Shown: positions 1-10,265 of the stretch, in pieces
Layout: every line of letters starts with the position of its first letter
Position numbering within the stretch: position 1 is the first letter of the stretch
Origin: a bacterium
Lineage (GTDB): Bacteria > Zhuqueibacterota > Zhuqueibacteria > Zhuqueibacterales > Geothermadaptataceae
NCBI GenBank assembly: GCA_024275575.1
Contig: JAJRYV010000130.1
Location: 60,565 to 124,564 of the forward strand
Length of the DNA stretch: 64,000 bases
Direction: 5' to 3'
Position numbers and translations under genes: made by a program
Notes under the pieces: model-generated
What the model was told of the DNA's origin: nothing
Database searches by the model: none
What the model saw: only the letters and a program-made list of their open reading frames with translations

Positions 1-372
1 GTTCACGGCCAAAGTCATGAAGAATTGCACCGGCGTTTTGAAGAGTTATCAGGGCCGGAGGCAGAGATCTGGGTCGAGGTCGATGCGCCGGCTGTAGCGA
101 GCGACCCGAGCAACCCGTGGGTGCAAAAAACATTACAGTATTTTGAACGGCGATGGCAGAAAAAAATCGCCGCTGCGACTGCTCCTTACTTTACTGATGC
201 CGGTGCGTTAGTCCCTGCGATGGGATTTCCTCAGACTTTGATAATCGGACCCGGCGAACTGGAACAGGCGCATGTCACCGATGAGTTCTGCTATGTTGCC
301 AAATTGATTGAAGCCGCCGAGATTTATACCGGCATCGCACTTGACTGGCTTACGGCAGATTCGGTAATTTAA
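1..372 (+). CDS. M20-family metallopeptidase (ArgE/DapE-like), C-terminal fragment; the 5' end lies outside the window
   Basis: Frame 1 is open from nt 1 to the stop at 370-372; the track lists only the part from the first Met at 25. The tail 'PYFTDAGALV...LIIGPGELEQAHVTDEF' resembles the conserved C-terminal segment of acetylornithine deacetylase / succinyl-DAP desuccinylase type M20 enzymes. Confidence 0.6.
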   Translation, partial: VHGQSHEELHRRFEELSGPEAEIWVEVDAPAVASDPSNPWVQKTLQYFERRWQKKIAAATAPYFTDAGALVPAMGFPQTLIIGPGELEQAHVTDEFCYVAKLIEAAEIYTGIALDWLTADSVI

Positions 373-508
373 TGGATAAGAGCCGAATTTTATTATAAAA
401 TGCGTTGTTTTGATAAATAAATTTTTCTGAAATGCGCCCGGCAGGCCTCAACTTCTGGTGAAAAAATGTCGTTCTATGTACTAACTTTATCAATGTTTAG
501 GTCAGCAA

Positions 509-3500
509 ATGAAGCGAAATTTGAAGAGTCTCTATTTTCTTGTTTTAATTGCCGTTAATTGCGCATTGGGACAGAATTATGATATTCGAACATTTAATGT
601 TTTTGAAGGACTTTGTCAATCTCAGGTGCAAACAGTGCTGCAGGATGACTTTGGTTACCTGTGGATTGGTACGGTAGACGGCTTATCCTCATTCGACGGC
701 ATTGAATTTACAAATTATTCTCTCGATGATGGCCTTGGTGACGATGATGTGCTCACAAGTTTGCATGATCGAAATGGTAATTTCTGGCTGGGGCACAGAA
801 ACGGACAAATTACCAAATTTGATAGAGGAAGCCGCAAATTTATCAAGCAGGATCCGCCATCCATTAGATCTCGCGAAATGATTCTCAGCATCATTGAGAC
901 AGACCGGCAATTGATTGTTGCCGCCACATCTCAGGGACATCTTTTATTGCTGCAGGATAAATGCTGGATACAACTGCCCGAACTTAAGGGAGTGGAGAAA
1001 TCTGCGATTTATGTTGTGCTTTGGGACTCTGCCGGTTTTTTTTGGCTCGGAACCAGGCGTGGTCTGTTCCAATTATATCTGACCGGCAATAATCAAATCC
1101 GAAATTTAATTACCCGTGATTTACCCGGAGTCGAAACACCGGAAATTCGATCTCTGGTACGAGATCACAACGGCAGCTTGTGGATCGGCACCAATCGGGC
1201 CGGTCTGTTTCGATTAACAAACGGAAAGTCGACCCGCATCGAGGGGTTCAATGCATATACGATCCAGTGCCTTTATGAAATACGCTCCGGCAGCTTGCTC
1301 GGCGGCACCCAGACGTCCGGATATTTTGAAATTTCCCCAATGGATGGCAGTGTCAATTGGGTCTCGAGTCAAAACGGACTCAGCGATGACAATATCCGAA
1401 CGATTTTCGAAGATCGTGAGAGCAGCTTATGGATCGCTACCTGGGGGGGAGGACTCAATCAGATTTACAGCAAGTTTTTTGTGAATTTCGGCAAGAGCGC
1501 CGGGACGATGAGCAATAATATTTGGTCTTTTCTCGAAGATGAGAATGGCGATTTCTGGATTGGCACGGAAAAAGGCATTACTCAATTCCCCGGCTTTTTT
1601 ACGAAAGGCAAGAAAAAACCTTACCGACAGTTTACCACAAAAGACGGCCTGCCCACCGGAACAGCCTTACTGGCGATGCAATTCGATATCAACCACGATT
1701 TATGGGTCGGATCGTTTAATGCCGGCCTCTATAAATGGAATGGTAAAAGATTCGAAAAAACCATTTTACTGGATTCATTGAAAGGAAACCTCAACCGTTC
1801 GATCACGAAAATAATCAACGATCGTCAGGGTAATTTGTGGATAACGACATTCCGCAACGGCATAACCCGCTATCATCCCCGAACCGGTGAAATCAAACAT
1901 TTTACTGCGGAAGACGGTTTGCTCAGTAACGAAATTTACGATATATTTCCCGATAAAAAGGAGGTGTTCTGGATTGCCACAAAGAATAATATCATCAAAT
2001 TGGAAAATGGAGAATTTGAACCCATACTTTCTGCTGAAGATAAAAACATCAACGCGTTTTTTAATATTGCCAAAGATATTTACGGCAATCTCTGGTTTGG
2101 TACTTCGGGAAATGGCGTCTATCGATATGACGGCCAAAATATAGAAAATATCACCTCAAAAGACGGCCTGAGCCGCAATATCATTTTTCAGACGCTGGCC
2201 GATTCCTCCGGTAATGTCTGGTTCGGCACCAGCACCGGGCTCGATCGCTATCAGGTGAGAACACGAACGTTTAAACATTTTAGTGTGGCTGACGGCTTCA
2301 GTGGCGGCGAAACCTCTCTGAATGCCATTTATTCTGATTCGCAGGGAAGCTTGTGGTTCGGCACGATTAACGGTGCCATACGGTATAATGCTTCATTTGA
2401 TAACATCAATAAAATTAAACCTGTTACGACAATCACTCGTATGCGCCTGTTTTATGAAGACCTTCCCGTTAATCATAAAACAGTGTTCAACCATCAGCAA
2501 AATCATCTCACTTTTTATTTTAAAGCGGTTAGCCTGCTTTTTCCTGAACATGTGCGTTACCAGTACAAATTGGAAGGCTTTGATCGTGAATGGTCACCTT
2601 ATCTGAAGGAGGAATCTGCAACTTACTCCAACTTGCCCTGCGGTAGAGATTATCGTTTCATGGTGCGGGCGATCAATGGCGATGGTTTCGGTAGGGAACA
2701 GGCTGCTGTATACGCTTTTTCGATCAAACCTCCGGTTTGGAGAACAGGCTGGTTCGTTCTGCTGACGACGTTTTTAACGATTTCTTTTGTTTGGTTGGGT
2801 TATAAAAATCACACCCGCAAAATCGCAACGGAAAAACACCGTTTGGAAAAAGCGGTTGAAGAGCGTACTCGCGACCTGTTATCAGAGAAACAAAAGGTTG
2901 AGAAAGCCAATGTCGAGTTGGCCTATTCCCGAAAAATAGCTGAGCAGGCGAACCTGGCGAAAAGCGAGTTTTTGGCGAATATGAGTCATGAAATCCGCAC
3001 ACCGATGAACGGTGTTATCGGCATGACCGAACTGGCGTTGGAAACCGACCTCGATATTGAGCAACGTCAGTATATCGAAACGGTAGCGAGTTCGGCGGAA
3101 AGTTTGATGATTATCATCAACGATATTCTCGATTTTTCGAAAATTGAAGCCGGCAAACTGATCATTGAAAAGATCAATCTGAGTTTGCGTGATATCGTCA
3201 ATGAGCTGATGAAATTGCTCGCTGTAAAAGCACATGAAAAAGGTCTGGAACTGGTCTATTTTGTCGCGCCTAATATCCCTGACCGCCTGATCGGTGATCC
3301 GGTGCGTATCCGGCAAATTATCGCCAACCTGGTGAGCAATGCAATTAAATTTACCGAGCAGGGCGAAGTCGTGCTCAAAATTCATAATGAAAAGCAGGAT
3401 GAAGACCGGATTCGCCTTTTGTTTTCTATCCGTGATTCCGGTATCGGCATCCCTGAAGAGCGGCAGGACAAAATTTTTTCGGCATTCGAACAGGTCGATG

Positions 3501-4558
3501 GCACGACGACTCGAAAATTCGGCGGCACCGGCCTGGGCTTGTCGATTTCAGCCAAACTCGTTCGCTTGCTCGGTGGAGAAATCTGGCTGGAAAGTCCGGT
3601 TCATAAAGAACCCGGCGCGCAATTCCCCGGCACGATTTTTTATTTTACCAGCCCATTTGGGCTGCAAAAACAACCTGTATTCCATAGGCCGTTGCACGAC
3701 GCTTTGCTCGAGCAGAAAAAAGCGCTCATCATCGATGATAATGAGACAAATTGCCTGATTTTGAAAAAAATGCTCGCCCATTGGGGCATGGATTCGACCA
3801 CGGTATTTGCGGCAAAAGATGCGCTGCGTATGCTCGAAGCAGGCACTCAACCGCATTTTGATATTATTTTACTTGACTATCAAATGCCGGAAATGAACGG
3901 TTATGAATTTATTGAAAACTATCAAAAACTGGCGCAAAAACGTCGCCTTCCTATCATCATGTTGACCTCTTCCGGCATGCGCGAAAGCAGCGAACGCGCC
4001 CGGGAAATGGGTGTCAGCCGCTTTATAACAAAACCGATAAAATCGGATGATTTGAAAGAAGCCGTAAAAAACTTGCTGTGCTATCCTGCAGGGGCTGTCG
4101 CAGGTAAAACGTCGCCTGTCGTGAAACCAAAGCAGGAAGGCGGGGTTATCGGTAAACGGGATGTAAAAATTCTGCTCGTCGAAGATAATAAGGTCAATCA
4201 AAAAGTCGCACAAAAAATTCTCGAGCAACGCGGTTTTGAAACGATCATTGCCGAAAATGGCAAGGAAGCCGTCGAGAAGTTTATCAGCGATTCTTTTGAT
4301 ATCATTTTAATGGATATTCAAATGCCGGTGATGGATGGTTATCAGGCAACATGCGCTATCCGTGAAAGAGAAAAAGAAAAGGATAACCCGATACCTATTA
4401 TTGCTTTAACAGCCAATGCCATGAAAGGTGACGCCGAAAAATGCCTCAGCGCCGGAATGGATGCCTACGCTTCAAAACCGATCAACCGCACAAAACTCAT
4501 CGCACTTATCGAACAAATGCTCAATTTAAACACAAGCGATGCAGCCATTGGCCCTTAG
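509..4558 (+). CDS. Hybrid sensor histidine kinase: signal/TM, periplasmic two-component-regulator propeller repeats plus Y_Y_Y domain, TM, HisKA-HATPase, two receiver domains
   Basis: 1349-aa ORF. It has many 'W.GT..GL' propeller repeats and a Y_Y_Y module ('[16 protein letters not shown]...[12 protein letters not shown]'). A TM segment '[18 protein letters not shown]' follows. The H-box is '[18 protein letters not shown]' and the G-boxes are 'DSGIGIP' and 'GGTGLGLSI'. There are two REC domains ('LIIDDNETN...[11 protein letters not shown]...TKPIK' and '[10 protein letters not shown]...[11 protein letters not shown]...ASKPI'). Confidence 0.9.
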   Translation: MKRNLKSLYFLVLIAVNCALGQNYDIRTFNVFEGLCQSQVQTVLQDDFGYLWIGTVDGLSSFDGIEFTNYSLDDGLGDDDVLTSLHDRNGNFWLGHRNGQITKFDRGSRKFIKQDPPSIRSREMILSIIETDRQLIVAATSQGHLLLLQDKCWIQLPELKGVEKSAIYVVLWDSAGFFWLGTRRGLFQLYLTGNNQIRNLITRDLPGVETPEIRSLVRDHNGSLWIGTNRAGLFRLTNGKSTRIEGFNAYTIQCLYEIRSGSLLGGTQTSGYFEISPMDGSVNWVSSQNGLSDDNIRTIFEDRESSLWIATWGGGLNQIYSKFFVNFGKSAGTMSNNIWSFLEDENGDFWIGTEKGITQFPGFFTKGKKKPYRQFTTKDGLPTGTALLAMQFDINHDLWVGSFNAGLYKWNGKRFEKTILLDSLKGNLNRSITKIINDRQGNLWITTFRNGITRYHPRTGEIKHFTAEDGLLSNEIYDIFPDKKEVFWIATKNNIIKLENGEFEPILSAEDKNINAFFNIAKDIYGNLWFGTSGNGVYRYDGQNIENITSKDGLSRNIIFQTLADSSGNVWFGTSTGLDRYQVRTRTFKHFSVADGFSGGETSLNAIYSDSQGSLWFGTINGAIRYNASFDNINKIKPVTTITRMRLFYEDLPVNHKTVFNHQQNHLTFYFKAVSLLFPEHVRYQYKLEGFDREWSPYLKEESATYSNLPCGRDYRFMVRAINGDGFGREQAAVYAFSIKPPVWRTGWFVLLTTFLTISFVWLGYKNHTRKIATEKHRLEKAVEERTRDLLSEKQKVEKANVELAYSRKIAEQANLAKSEFLANMSHEIRTPMNGVIGMTELALETDLDIEQRQYIETVASSAESLMIIINDILDFSKIEAGKLIIEKINLSLRDIVNELMKLLAVKAHEKGLELVYFVAPNIPDRLIGDPVRIRQIIANLVSNAIKFTEQGEVVLKIHNEKQDEDRIRLLFSIRDSGIGIPEERQDKIFSAFEQVDGTTTRKFGGTGLGLSISAKLVRLLGGEIWLESPVHKEPGAQFPGTIFYFTSPFGLQKQPVFHRPLHDALLEQKKALIIDDNETNCLILKKMLAHWGMDSTTVFAAKDALRMLEAGTQPHFDIILLDYQMPEMNGYEFIENYQKLAQKRRLPIIMLTSSGMRESSERAREMGVSRFITKPIKSDDLKEAVKNLLCYPAGAVAGKTSPVVKPKQEGGVIGKRDVKILLVEDNKVNQKVAQKILEQRGFETIIAENGKEAVEKFISDSFDIILMDIQMPVMDGYQATCAIREREKEKDNPIPIIALTANAMKGDAEKCLSAGMDAYASKPINRTKLIALIEQMLNLNTSDAAIGP

Positions 4559-4620
4559 ATGCATGAGTTTAGCGCCACTAAAATTGAAACGGTGATTAAA
4601 GGTAGAAGGATGGATGCAAT

Positions 4621-4649
4621 CCGGGAATCGTGATGATTCCGCTTCCCGG
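4621..4649. terminator. Possible bidirectional terminator hairpin between the convergent kinase and glnA genes
   Basis: Inverted repeat ccgggaa (4621-4627) / ttcccgg (4643-4649), with an alternative inner stem ggaatc/gattcc. It lies in the 105-bp gap between two convergent stops. The U-tract is weak (gtttg). Confidence 0.3.
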
Positions 4650-4663
4650 GTTTGAAAGTGAGT

Positions 4664-6040
4664 TTATAAATCGAAATACAATGAATACTCGATGGGGCTG
4701 GGCCAGTTTGAAATATGATTGAATTCATCGTTTTTTATCTTGATCCAGTGGGTGACGAGCGTTTCGCTGAATATGGAATCGCGCAACAGGAAAGCATAAT
4801 CTTTTTCCAGCGCCAGCAAGGCCCGGGTGATGCTGAAGGGCAGATATTTGATTTCGATTGAGGGATCAAAATTATCAGCTTCGTAAGGGCCAAAGCCTTC
4901 TTTGCGTGGATCGATTTTATTGATGACGCCATCGAGCCCGGCCATCATAATGGCGCTTAACGCAATGTAAGGATTTGCCGTTGCATCCGGCGGACGGTAC
5001 TCAAATCGCGTCAATTGCGGGTCTTTGATATAGCGCGGAATGCGGACGCAGGAGGCCCGGTTGGCCTGGCCGAAGTTGATCGCGGTGGGCGCTTCAACGC
5101 CGGGCACTAGCCGTTTGTAGGAATTGGTGGAAGGATTGGTAAATGCGCAAAGCGCGGCCGCGTGTTTCAATACACCGCCGATATAGCAGAGCGCAGTATC
5201 ATTGAGATTGGCATATCCACCCTGCTCAAAAAAGGCATTTCTGCCATTTCCAGCACAGAGATAATGGTGCAGGTGCAGTCCTGAACCTGCTTGCTGGTAA
5301 ACGGGTTTGGGCATAAAGGTTAAAAACAGGCCATGTTCCCGCGCCAGATTGTGCAAAATATATTTGCCCATGCTGATATTGTCTGCTGTTTGCAGCAGCG
5401 GGTTAAAAACCAGTTCGATCTCTTGCTGCCCAAGATTGCCGACTTCATGATGGTGATACTTGACTTCGATCCCGGACTTTTGCAGGATTTTTGTTGCTTC
5501 ATCACGAAAATCATCGTGGCTATCAAAGGGGTTGGCAATATGGTAGCCATTGCCCATGGATTCTTCGCTGGATTCGATGGTGAAAAATGAATTTTGCGCG
5601 TCCGAGCTATATCTGGCATTGTTGAAAATATAAAACTCAAACTCCGGCCCCCACATCGATGATGCAGCGATGCCGTATTGGGGCAGTAGTTTTTCCGTCG
5701 ATTCCGCCATTTTTCGCAAATCGAACTGATAGGGTGTGTTGGCGGCGTCCGTATTGAAAATGCGTGTCAGGAAACTGAGTGTTGGCGCTTTCCGGAATGG
5801 GTCGATCAATGCTGTCGCCAAATCCGGTTTCATGATCATATCGCTGTTTTCAACTTTTTTGAAACCGTAACTTGAGCCGTCGAAACCGACGCCGTCTTGC
5901 AATAAAGTTTTTAGGGTTTTATCGCTGTAAGGCAGGGTCAGATGATGCATGCGGCCGTTTAAATCTGTCACTTTCAGATCGATAAACTCGATCTCCGTCC
6001 CCTCCGGATAATTTTTTATTTCAAATTTTTGTTGTTCCAC
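4664..6040 (-). CDS. glnA: Glutamine synthetase (type I-like)
   Basis: 458 aa with the GS signatures 'GPEFEFYIF', 'GSGLHLHHYL' and 'NPSTNSYKRLVPGVEAP', plus an N-terminal beta-grasp segment 'EFIDLKVTDLNGRMHHLTLP'. Confidence 0.85.
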   Translation of the reverse strand: MEQQKFEIKNYPEGTEIEFIDLKVTDLNGRMHHLTLPYSDKTLKTLLQDGVGFDGSSYGFKKVENSDMIMKPDLATALIDPFRKAPTLSFLTRIFNTDAANTPYQFDLRKMAESTEKLLPQYGIAASSMWGPEFEFYIFNNARYSSDAQNSFFTIESSEESMGNGYHIANPFDSHDDFRDEATKILQKSGIEVKYHHHEVGNLGQQEIELVFNPLLQTADNISMGKYILHNLAREHGLFLTFMPKPVYQQAGSGLHLHHYLCAGNGRNAFFEQGGYANLNDTALCYIGGVLKHAAALCAFTNPSTNSYKRLVPGVEAPTAINFGQANRASCVRIPRYIKDPQLTRFEYRPPDATANPYIALSAIMMAGLDGVINKIDPRKEGFGPYEADNFDPSIEIKYLPFSITRALLALEKDYAFLLRDSIFSETLVTHWIKIKNDEFNHISNWPSPIEYSLYFDL

Positions 6041-6536
6041 ACAAAACTCCTGAAATAGGAAAAGCTATAAGATGTGTCTTTTGTGAAAATCAGCCGTTGC
6101 AATTTTAAGCAAAATATTTCTAAAAACCAGCTTAATTTTCAGATTGGTCTTATAACTATTCTAAACACCCAGAACCCGGGTGAATGTCCCGAATGTGTAA
6201 AATACAATATAATTGACTCTTGATGTGGTATATAATGCTGTCGAACATGGCAATGCTTTTTTCGTCAATTTCTGCGGTTATCTTATTTTGCACCAGAGCG
6301 AAATTTTTAATCAAATTGATAAATATATTCTGCACAGCTCAGGCTTGAGCGGTAAATTAATAAAAAAATGTTAAGCAACCAATATTTCAGTTTGAACCAT
6401 TAGGATATGAATTGATCAGTCGAACTGGAGTCAGGCCGGAGCTCAGGTTGCCGTGATTTGTGTTGGGATTTTTACTGAGATTGAAATTATTTTCTAATTA
6501 AGTGGCTGAATCAATTATTTTCTGAAAGAGGAAACA

Positions 6537-7520
6537 ATGCCGGAAGTAACAAATTTTGAATCGGTTATCGATTTCAAAAGAGCAGGTGTGGGAACGCTCT
6601 GCGGCCGCGACGACGCTCTTCGGCGCTTTCAGACACAATTCTCGATCGATAACCAGGGTCAGATCAGCATTAACAACGCACGCTTGCGTCGGCCGATGGA
6701 TGCCAAATCCACCCGACGCTTGAAGTTTGCCGGGAAATACCTGATTTCCCCAACGTTTCTTTTCACCAGCCTGGGTGTGATCTTGTTTTTTCCGGATACC
6801 CTGATTCGCAAGGTGATGGCGCCTTTTTCAAACTTGCAGTTATGGGAGAAGGCCGGGAAGCGGCTCTTCGATCTTTTTGGTGCGATACTCGGTTTTATCG
6901 TGCTGTCGATCTTTTTTATCATGATTCCGTTTCTGATCATTTTTGACAGCCGCGGTCCGATTATTTACAAGCAAAAACGCATCGGGTTGAATCACCGGTT
7001 TGGCGACAGGCGGGGGGTAAACCTCGCAGTAAAACACGATCGTCGCAGATGGCAGCGCCGCAGGAAAGATTTATATGGTCGGCCGTTTTGGGTTTTTAAG
7101 TTTCGCACCATGCGCCAGGATGCCGAAAAAACCAGTGGTGCGATGTGGGCCCAGGAAAACGACCCGCGGATTACGCCTTTTGGCCGGGTACTGCGCTTTA
7201 CGCACATCGACGAGATCCCCCAGTTTTTCAACGTGTTATGCGGCGAAATGTCGCTGGTGGGGCCGCGTCCGGAGCGTCCGGAACTGATGCCCGATATCGT
7301 TGAGAAAGTGCCGGATTTTCCCAACCGTTTGCAGGTCAAACCCGGCATGACGGGGCCGGCACAGATCGTTTGCGGCTATGATACGACGATCGAAGCTGTA
7401 AAAGAAAAGTTACATTATGATTTGATATATGTCCGGAAATCAGGGTTGAAGGAAGATATACTTCTGTTGTTCCAGACGTTTTGGGTTATTGTTCGAGGCA
7501 AGGAAGTCCTTGATTCGTAG
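6537..7520 (+). CDS. Polyprenyl-phosphate glycosyl-1-phosphate transferase (bacterial sugar transferase family, WbaP/EpsB-like priming enzyme)
   Basis: TM helix 'LFGAILGFIVLSIFFIMIPFLIIF' followed by 'FKFRTMRQDAE...DPRITPFGRVLRFTHIDEIPQFFNVLCGEMSLVGPRPERPE', the hallmark C-terminal domain of this family. An Arg-rich insert of about 30 aa precedes KFRTM. RBS 'agagga' lies upstream of the ATG. Confidence 0.85.
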   Translation: MPEVTNFESVIDFKRAGVGTLCGRDDALRRFQTQFSIDNQGQISINNARLRRPMDAKSTRRLKFAGKYLISPTFLFTSLGVILFFPDTLIRKVMAPFSNLQLWEKAGKRLFDLFGAILGFIVLSIFFIMIPFLIIFDSRGPIIYKQKRIGLNHRFGDRRGVNLAVKHDRRRWQRRRKDLYGRPFWVFKFRTMRQDAEKTSGAMWAQENDPRITPFGRVLRFTHIDEIPQFFNVLCGEMSLVGPRPERPELMPDIVEKVPDFPNRLQVKPGMTGPAQIVCGYDTTIEAVKEKLHYDLIYVRKSGLKEDILLLFQTFWVIVRGKEVLDS

Positions 7521-7548
7521 AACCACCAGGTATGGAGGTCTTTTAATA

Positions 7549-8277
7549 ATGATTTTAGTGAGATGGGCTAAGTTAGCCGCAGCAGCAGTATTTCTTGTTA
7601 TCACTCATCCTTTGTCTGCGCAAACAAGACCGGAAGGGAATGTTAAGATTATTTCCAATCCGAACGCGTCGATTGTTACGCTGAGTGGTGAGTATACCCT
7701 GAGGGGGCAAACTCCTTATATTGCTGTTCATGCATTAAAGGGGTACTACAAGCTTGAAGCACGAAAACGCGGGTATGAGGATTTCAATTCTTCTTACTTT
7801 TTTAAACCCGATGTGCGTAAAAAGTTAGCCATTCGTTTAACCCGTAAATCAAGACCGCGATCATTTTTTCGTTCGATGTTCATGCCTGGTTGGGGGCAAG
7901 CATATACCGATCAGCGTTGGAAGGGATTGCTCTTTGCCGGCGTCCAACTCGGTGCGGCCGGTTATTTTGTCATCACTCATAAAGAATATCTCGACGCCAA
8001 AGATGCATACAACAAAGCCTTCGACGCCTTTGCTCAATCCGGCGCACAGGATGCCAAAATCTACCAGGATGTGGAGGCCAAATACAAGCTTTTAATCGAT
8101 AAATATGATAACCGGGAAAGAGTGCTGATTTTGAACATGAGTGTTTATTTGTACAATCTTTTCGATACCCTCTTTTTCTATCCGAAATACCATTACCCTA
8201 AATTACGCGCCTCAGTCGAGCTTAACCGGCAAGGTTCCCAGCCTACGCTGGCGTTTGGTGTGCGCGCCAGTTTTTGA
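7549..8277 (+). CDS. Secreted/membrane protein with a PEGA-like beta-sandwich and a DUF5683-like C-terminal membrane segment
   Basis: The track ORF starts at 7489, overlapping the previous gene. The ATG at 7549 has a GGAGG at 7534-7538 and gives a signal peptide 'MILVRWAKLAAAAVFLVITHPLSAQ'. A PEGA-like stretch is 'VKIISNPNASIVTLSGEY...YKLEARKRGYEDF', followed by 'MPGWGQAYTDQRWKGLLFAGVQLGAAGYF'. Confidence 0.5.
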   Translation: MILVRWAKLAAAAVFLVITHPLSAQTRPEGNVKIISNPNASIVTLSGEYTLRGQTPYIAVHALKGYYKLEARKRGYEDFNSSYFFKPDVRKKLAIRLTRKSRPRSFFRSMFMPGWGQAYTDQRWKGLLFAGVQLGAAGYFVITHKEYLDAKDAYNKAFDAFAQSGAQDAKIYQDVEAKYKLLIDKYDNRERVLILNMSVYLYNLFDTLFFYPKYHYPKLRASVELNRQGSQPTLAFGVRASF

Positions 8278-8328
8278 TGATGGTTTTCGTTATTCACTTT
8301 AAAGATATGATATATATTCACGGAGTTC

Positions 8329-10209
8329 ATGCAAATGAAAAAACGGATTGAATGGATTCAATATGTTTTTACCGGCGGTTTATTAATGACGCTATTGCTC
8401 GTTTCCGCCTGTGTAAAAAAACCAACAGGACCCGAAGAACTCGTTAAAGGCGGGGATACTTTTCCCGGCAAACCTTTCGACATTCACATCTCAATTGGTG
8501 ATGGTCTCGTCCGGCTCGACTGGACAGTCAACAACCGCGCAACGATCGATCGCTTCATCATCACACGGCGCAATGTAACGGAAACACAGAGTGTAGAGTT
8601 TACCAGCACGGATACTGTTTTCGTCGATCAGAAACTCGTCAATGGCCAGGAATATATTTACACCATCAAAGCGATTCGCATTATCGATGGTAGTGAATTT
8701 TCCGGACTGCCTTCCGAAAAAATATCGGCGACGCCCAATGTCTATGCGATTTTGTTGGAGAACGGCTCCGATTTTACCTCGCGCCGTTCCGTCAGTATCG
8801 GTGTGACGGCGCCATCGACAACCAGTATCGTGGAATTGAGCAATAGTCCGGATTTTGCGAATTCTTCCTCATTGCAATTTCAAGCGACGGTTCAATGGGC
8901 GCTTTCGCCCGGCGATGGCCGCAAAGGCGTTTGGGCCCGCTTTCAGGATAAAGAAGGTCAGACGACCAATGCTGCGGTTTCCGACAGTATTTTTCTCGAT
9001 ACGCGGGCAACGATTCTCTCCGTTGAAGAAAATACCAATGGCCAGACAAAAGTCGCTGCCGACAGCATTTATTTCTCCATGTACACCGGTGAACCTTTTG
9101 GCCGGCTGGCTTCGATTTCAATCGAAGACGGCCCCCGGGATGTGCAGCTCCACGATCTCGGTACGGGCTATTACGACGCCTGGTACGTCATTCCAAAAGA
9201 TGCGGATGTTTTTCAGGCGAAAATAACCGGATTTTTTACCGACCGCGCCGGCAATAAGGCAACGCCGATTTTTGCTGAATCACGGGTGACGATTTTGCGC
9301 GCCCCGGCGCCTGTGACGCTTTTTAAACCGGTAATCGCCGGTGATGGCCGCACCTCACTCAAACTTTCCTGGAGTTTGACCGAAGATGAACATGATTTTC
9401 AAACCTACGAGATTTATCGTGCGTTGTTGGGAAGCAATGAATTTACCCTGGTTGCCATCATTGCGCTGTCCACCGAAACCTCGTTTACCGATACCAACCT
9501 GCAGCCAAATACAACCTATGTTTATAAAGTCGTCGTGCGTGATAAATCCGGTTTGACCGGTGAAAGCAACGAAGAATCACAGACGACACGGCCCGATGAA
9601 ATTGCCAATCCGGTAATCATGTATGACCCCTTGTTTTCCTCCAGTGGTCAGACTGATATTATCGAACTGAACTGGACACAGAGTGCCGAGGATAATTTCA
9701 ACAGCTATCATGTTTACCGCGATACCGCGCCGAACGTCACGACCAACTCAAAGCTGGTGAGCATCATTTCACTGGTGGATAACACCACATATAGCGACAC
9801 GAATTTCGAAGAAAATCTGACTTATTATTACAGTGTTTTTGTCTACGATGAGCATGGACAGGTTGCTTCGATCAGCAATGAAGTGTCCGTGACGGTGTCC
9901 AATACCGTGCCGGATCCGGTTTATATGGCTCAACCGATCATCGTTGACACGACGGGATTCCAGTTATCATGGTCGCAAAGCCTCGATCCGGATTTTGCCA
10001 ATTACCGCATTTTCCGTTCACGCGGCAGTACGGTCATCATCACTGATGAACCGATAGCAATTCTCAGCGGCGATCGGCTGAAAACAACTTATGAGGACAG
10101 AAGCTTAACCAATGGGGTGACCTACAGTTACCGCGTCTTTGTTTATGATACAAATGGTGATTTTGCAGGAAGCAATACCGTAACAGAGGTAACAGGAGGT
10201 ACGAATTAA
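8329..10209 (+). CDS. Lipoprotein with multiple fibronectin-type-III-like repeats and a central Ig-like module
   Basis: Lipobox 'LLVSAC'. A recurring module appears as 'L(D/S/N)W(T/S)....D.F..Y.I(Y/F)R......Y.D..L..n..Y.Y.V...D..G' ('LDWTVNNRATIDRFIITRR', 'LSWSLTEDEHDFQTYEIYR', 'LNWTQSAEDNFNSYHVYR', 'LSWSQSLDPDFANYRIFR'). The central segment 'GDGRKGVWARFQDKEGQTTNA' is typical of surface Ig-like domains. Confidence 0.7.
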   Translation: MQMKKRIEWIQYVFTGGLLMTLLLVSACVKKPTGPEELVKGGDTFPGKPFDIHISIGDGLVRLDWTVNNRATIDRFIITRRNVTETQSVEFTSTDTVFVDQKLVNGQEYIYTIKAIRIIDGSEFSGLPSEKISATPNVYAILLENGSDFTSRRSVSIGVTAPSTTSIVELSNSPDFANSSSLQFQATVQWALSPGDGRKGVWARFQDKEGQTTNAAVSDSIFLDTRATILSVEENTNGQTKVAADSIYFSMYTGEPFGRLASISIEDGPRDVQLHDLGTGYYDAWYVIPKDADVFQAKITGFFTDRAGNKATPIFAESRVTILRAPAPVTLFKPVIAGDGRTSLKLSWSLTEDEHDFQTYEIYRALLGSNEFTLVAIIALSTETSFTDTNLQPNTTYVYKVVVRDKSGLTGESNEESQTTRPDEIANPVIMYDPLFSSSGQTDIIELNWTQSAEDNFNSYHVYRDTAPNVTTNSKLVSIISLVDNTTYSDTNFEENLTYYYSVFVYDEHGQVASISNEVSVTVSNTVPDPVYMAQPIIVDTTGFQLSWSQSLDPDFANYRIFRSRGSTVIITDEPIAILSGDRLKTTYEDRSLTNGVTYSYRVFVYDTNGDFAGSNTVTEVTGGTN

Positions 10210-10265
10210 CGGTGGATGGTGTATCGAACCTGGATGGACTTCATTTTTTTGCGGGGAAGCGAATC

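Noticed and set aside
2882-3385. 167-aa antisense ORF inside the hybrid histidine kinase
   Set aside because: It lies fully inside a strongly supported CDS on the opposite strand and has no recognisable motifs.
6213-6236. TTGACT ... TATAAT as a sigma-70 promoter
   Set aside because: The spacer is only 10-12 nt. I retained only the extended -10-like part as a weak hint (see finding).
6349-6354. 'GCGGTA', resembling part of the ops/JUMPStart antitermination element upstream of the EPS operon
   Set aside because: Only 6 of the ~8-12 conserved positions match, which is too short to distinguish from chance.
7489-7548. The track start of the PEGA-like gene, overlapping the sugar transferase by 32 nt
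   Set aside because: The downstream ATG at 7549 has a GGAGG RBS and yields a proper signal peptide. The upstream extension is basic, non-signal sequence.
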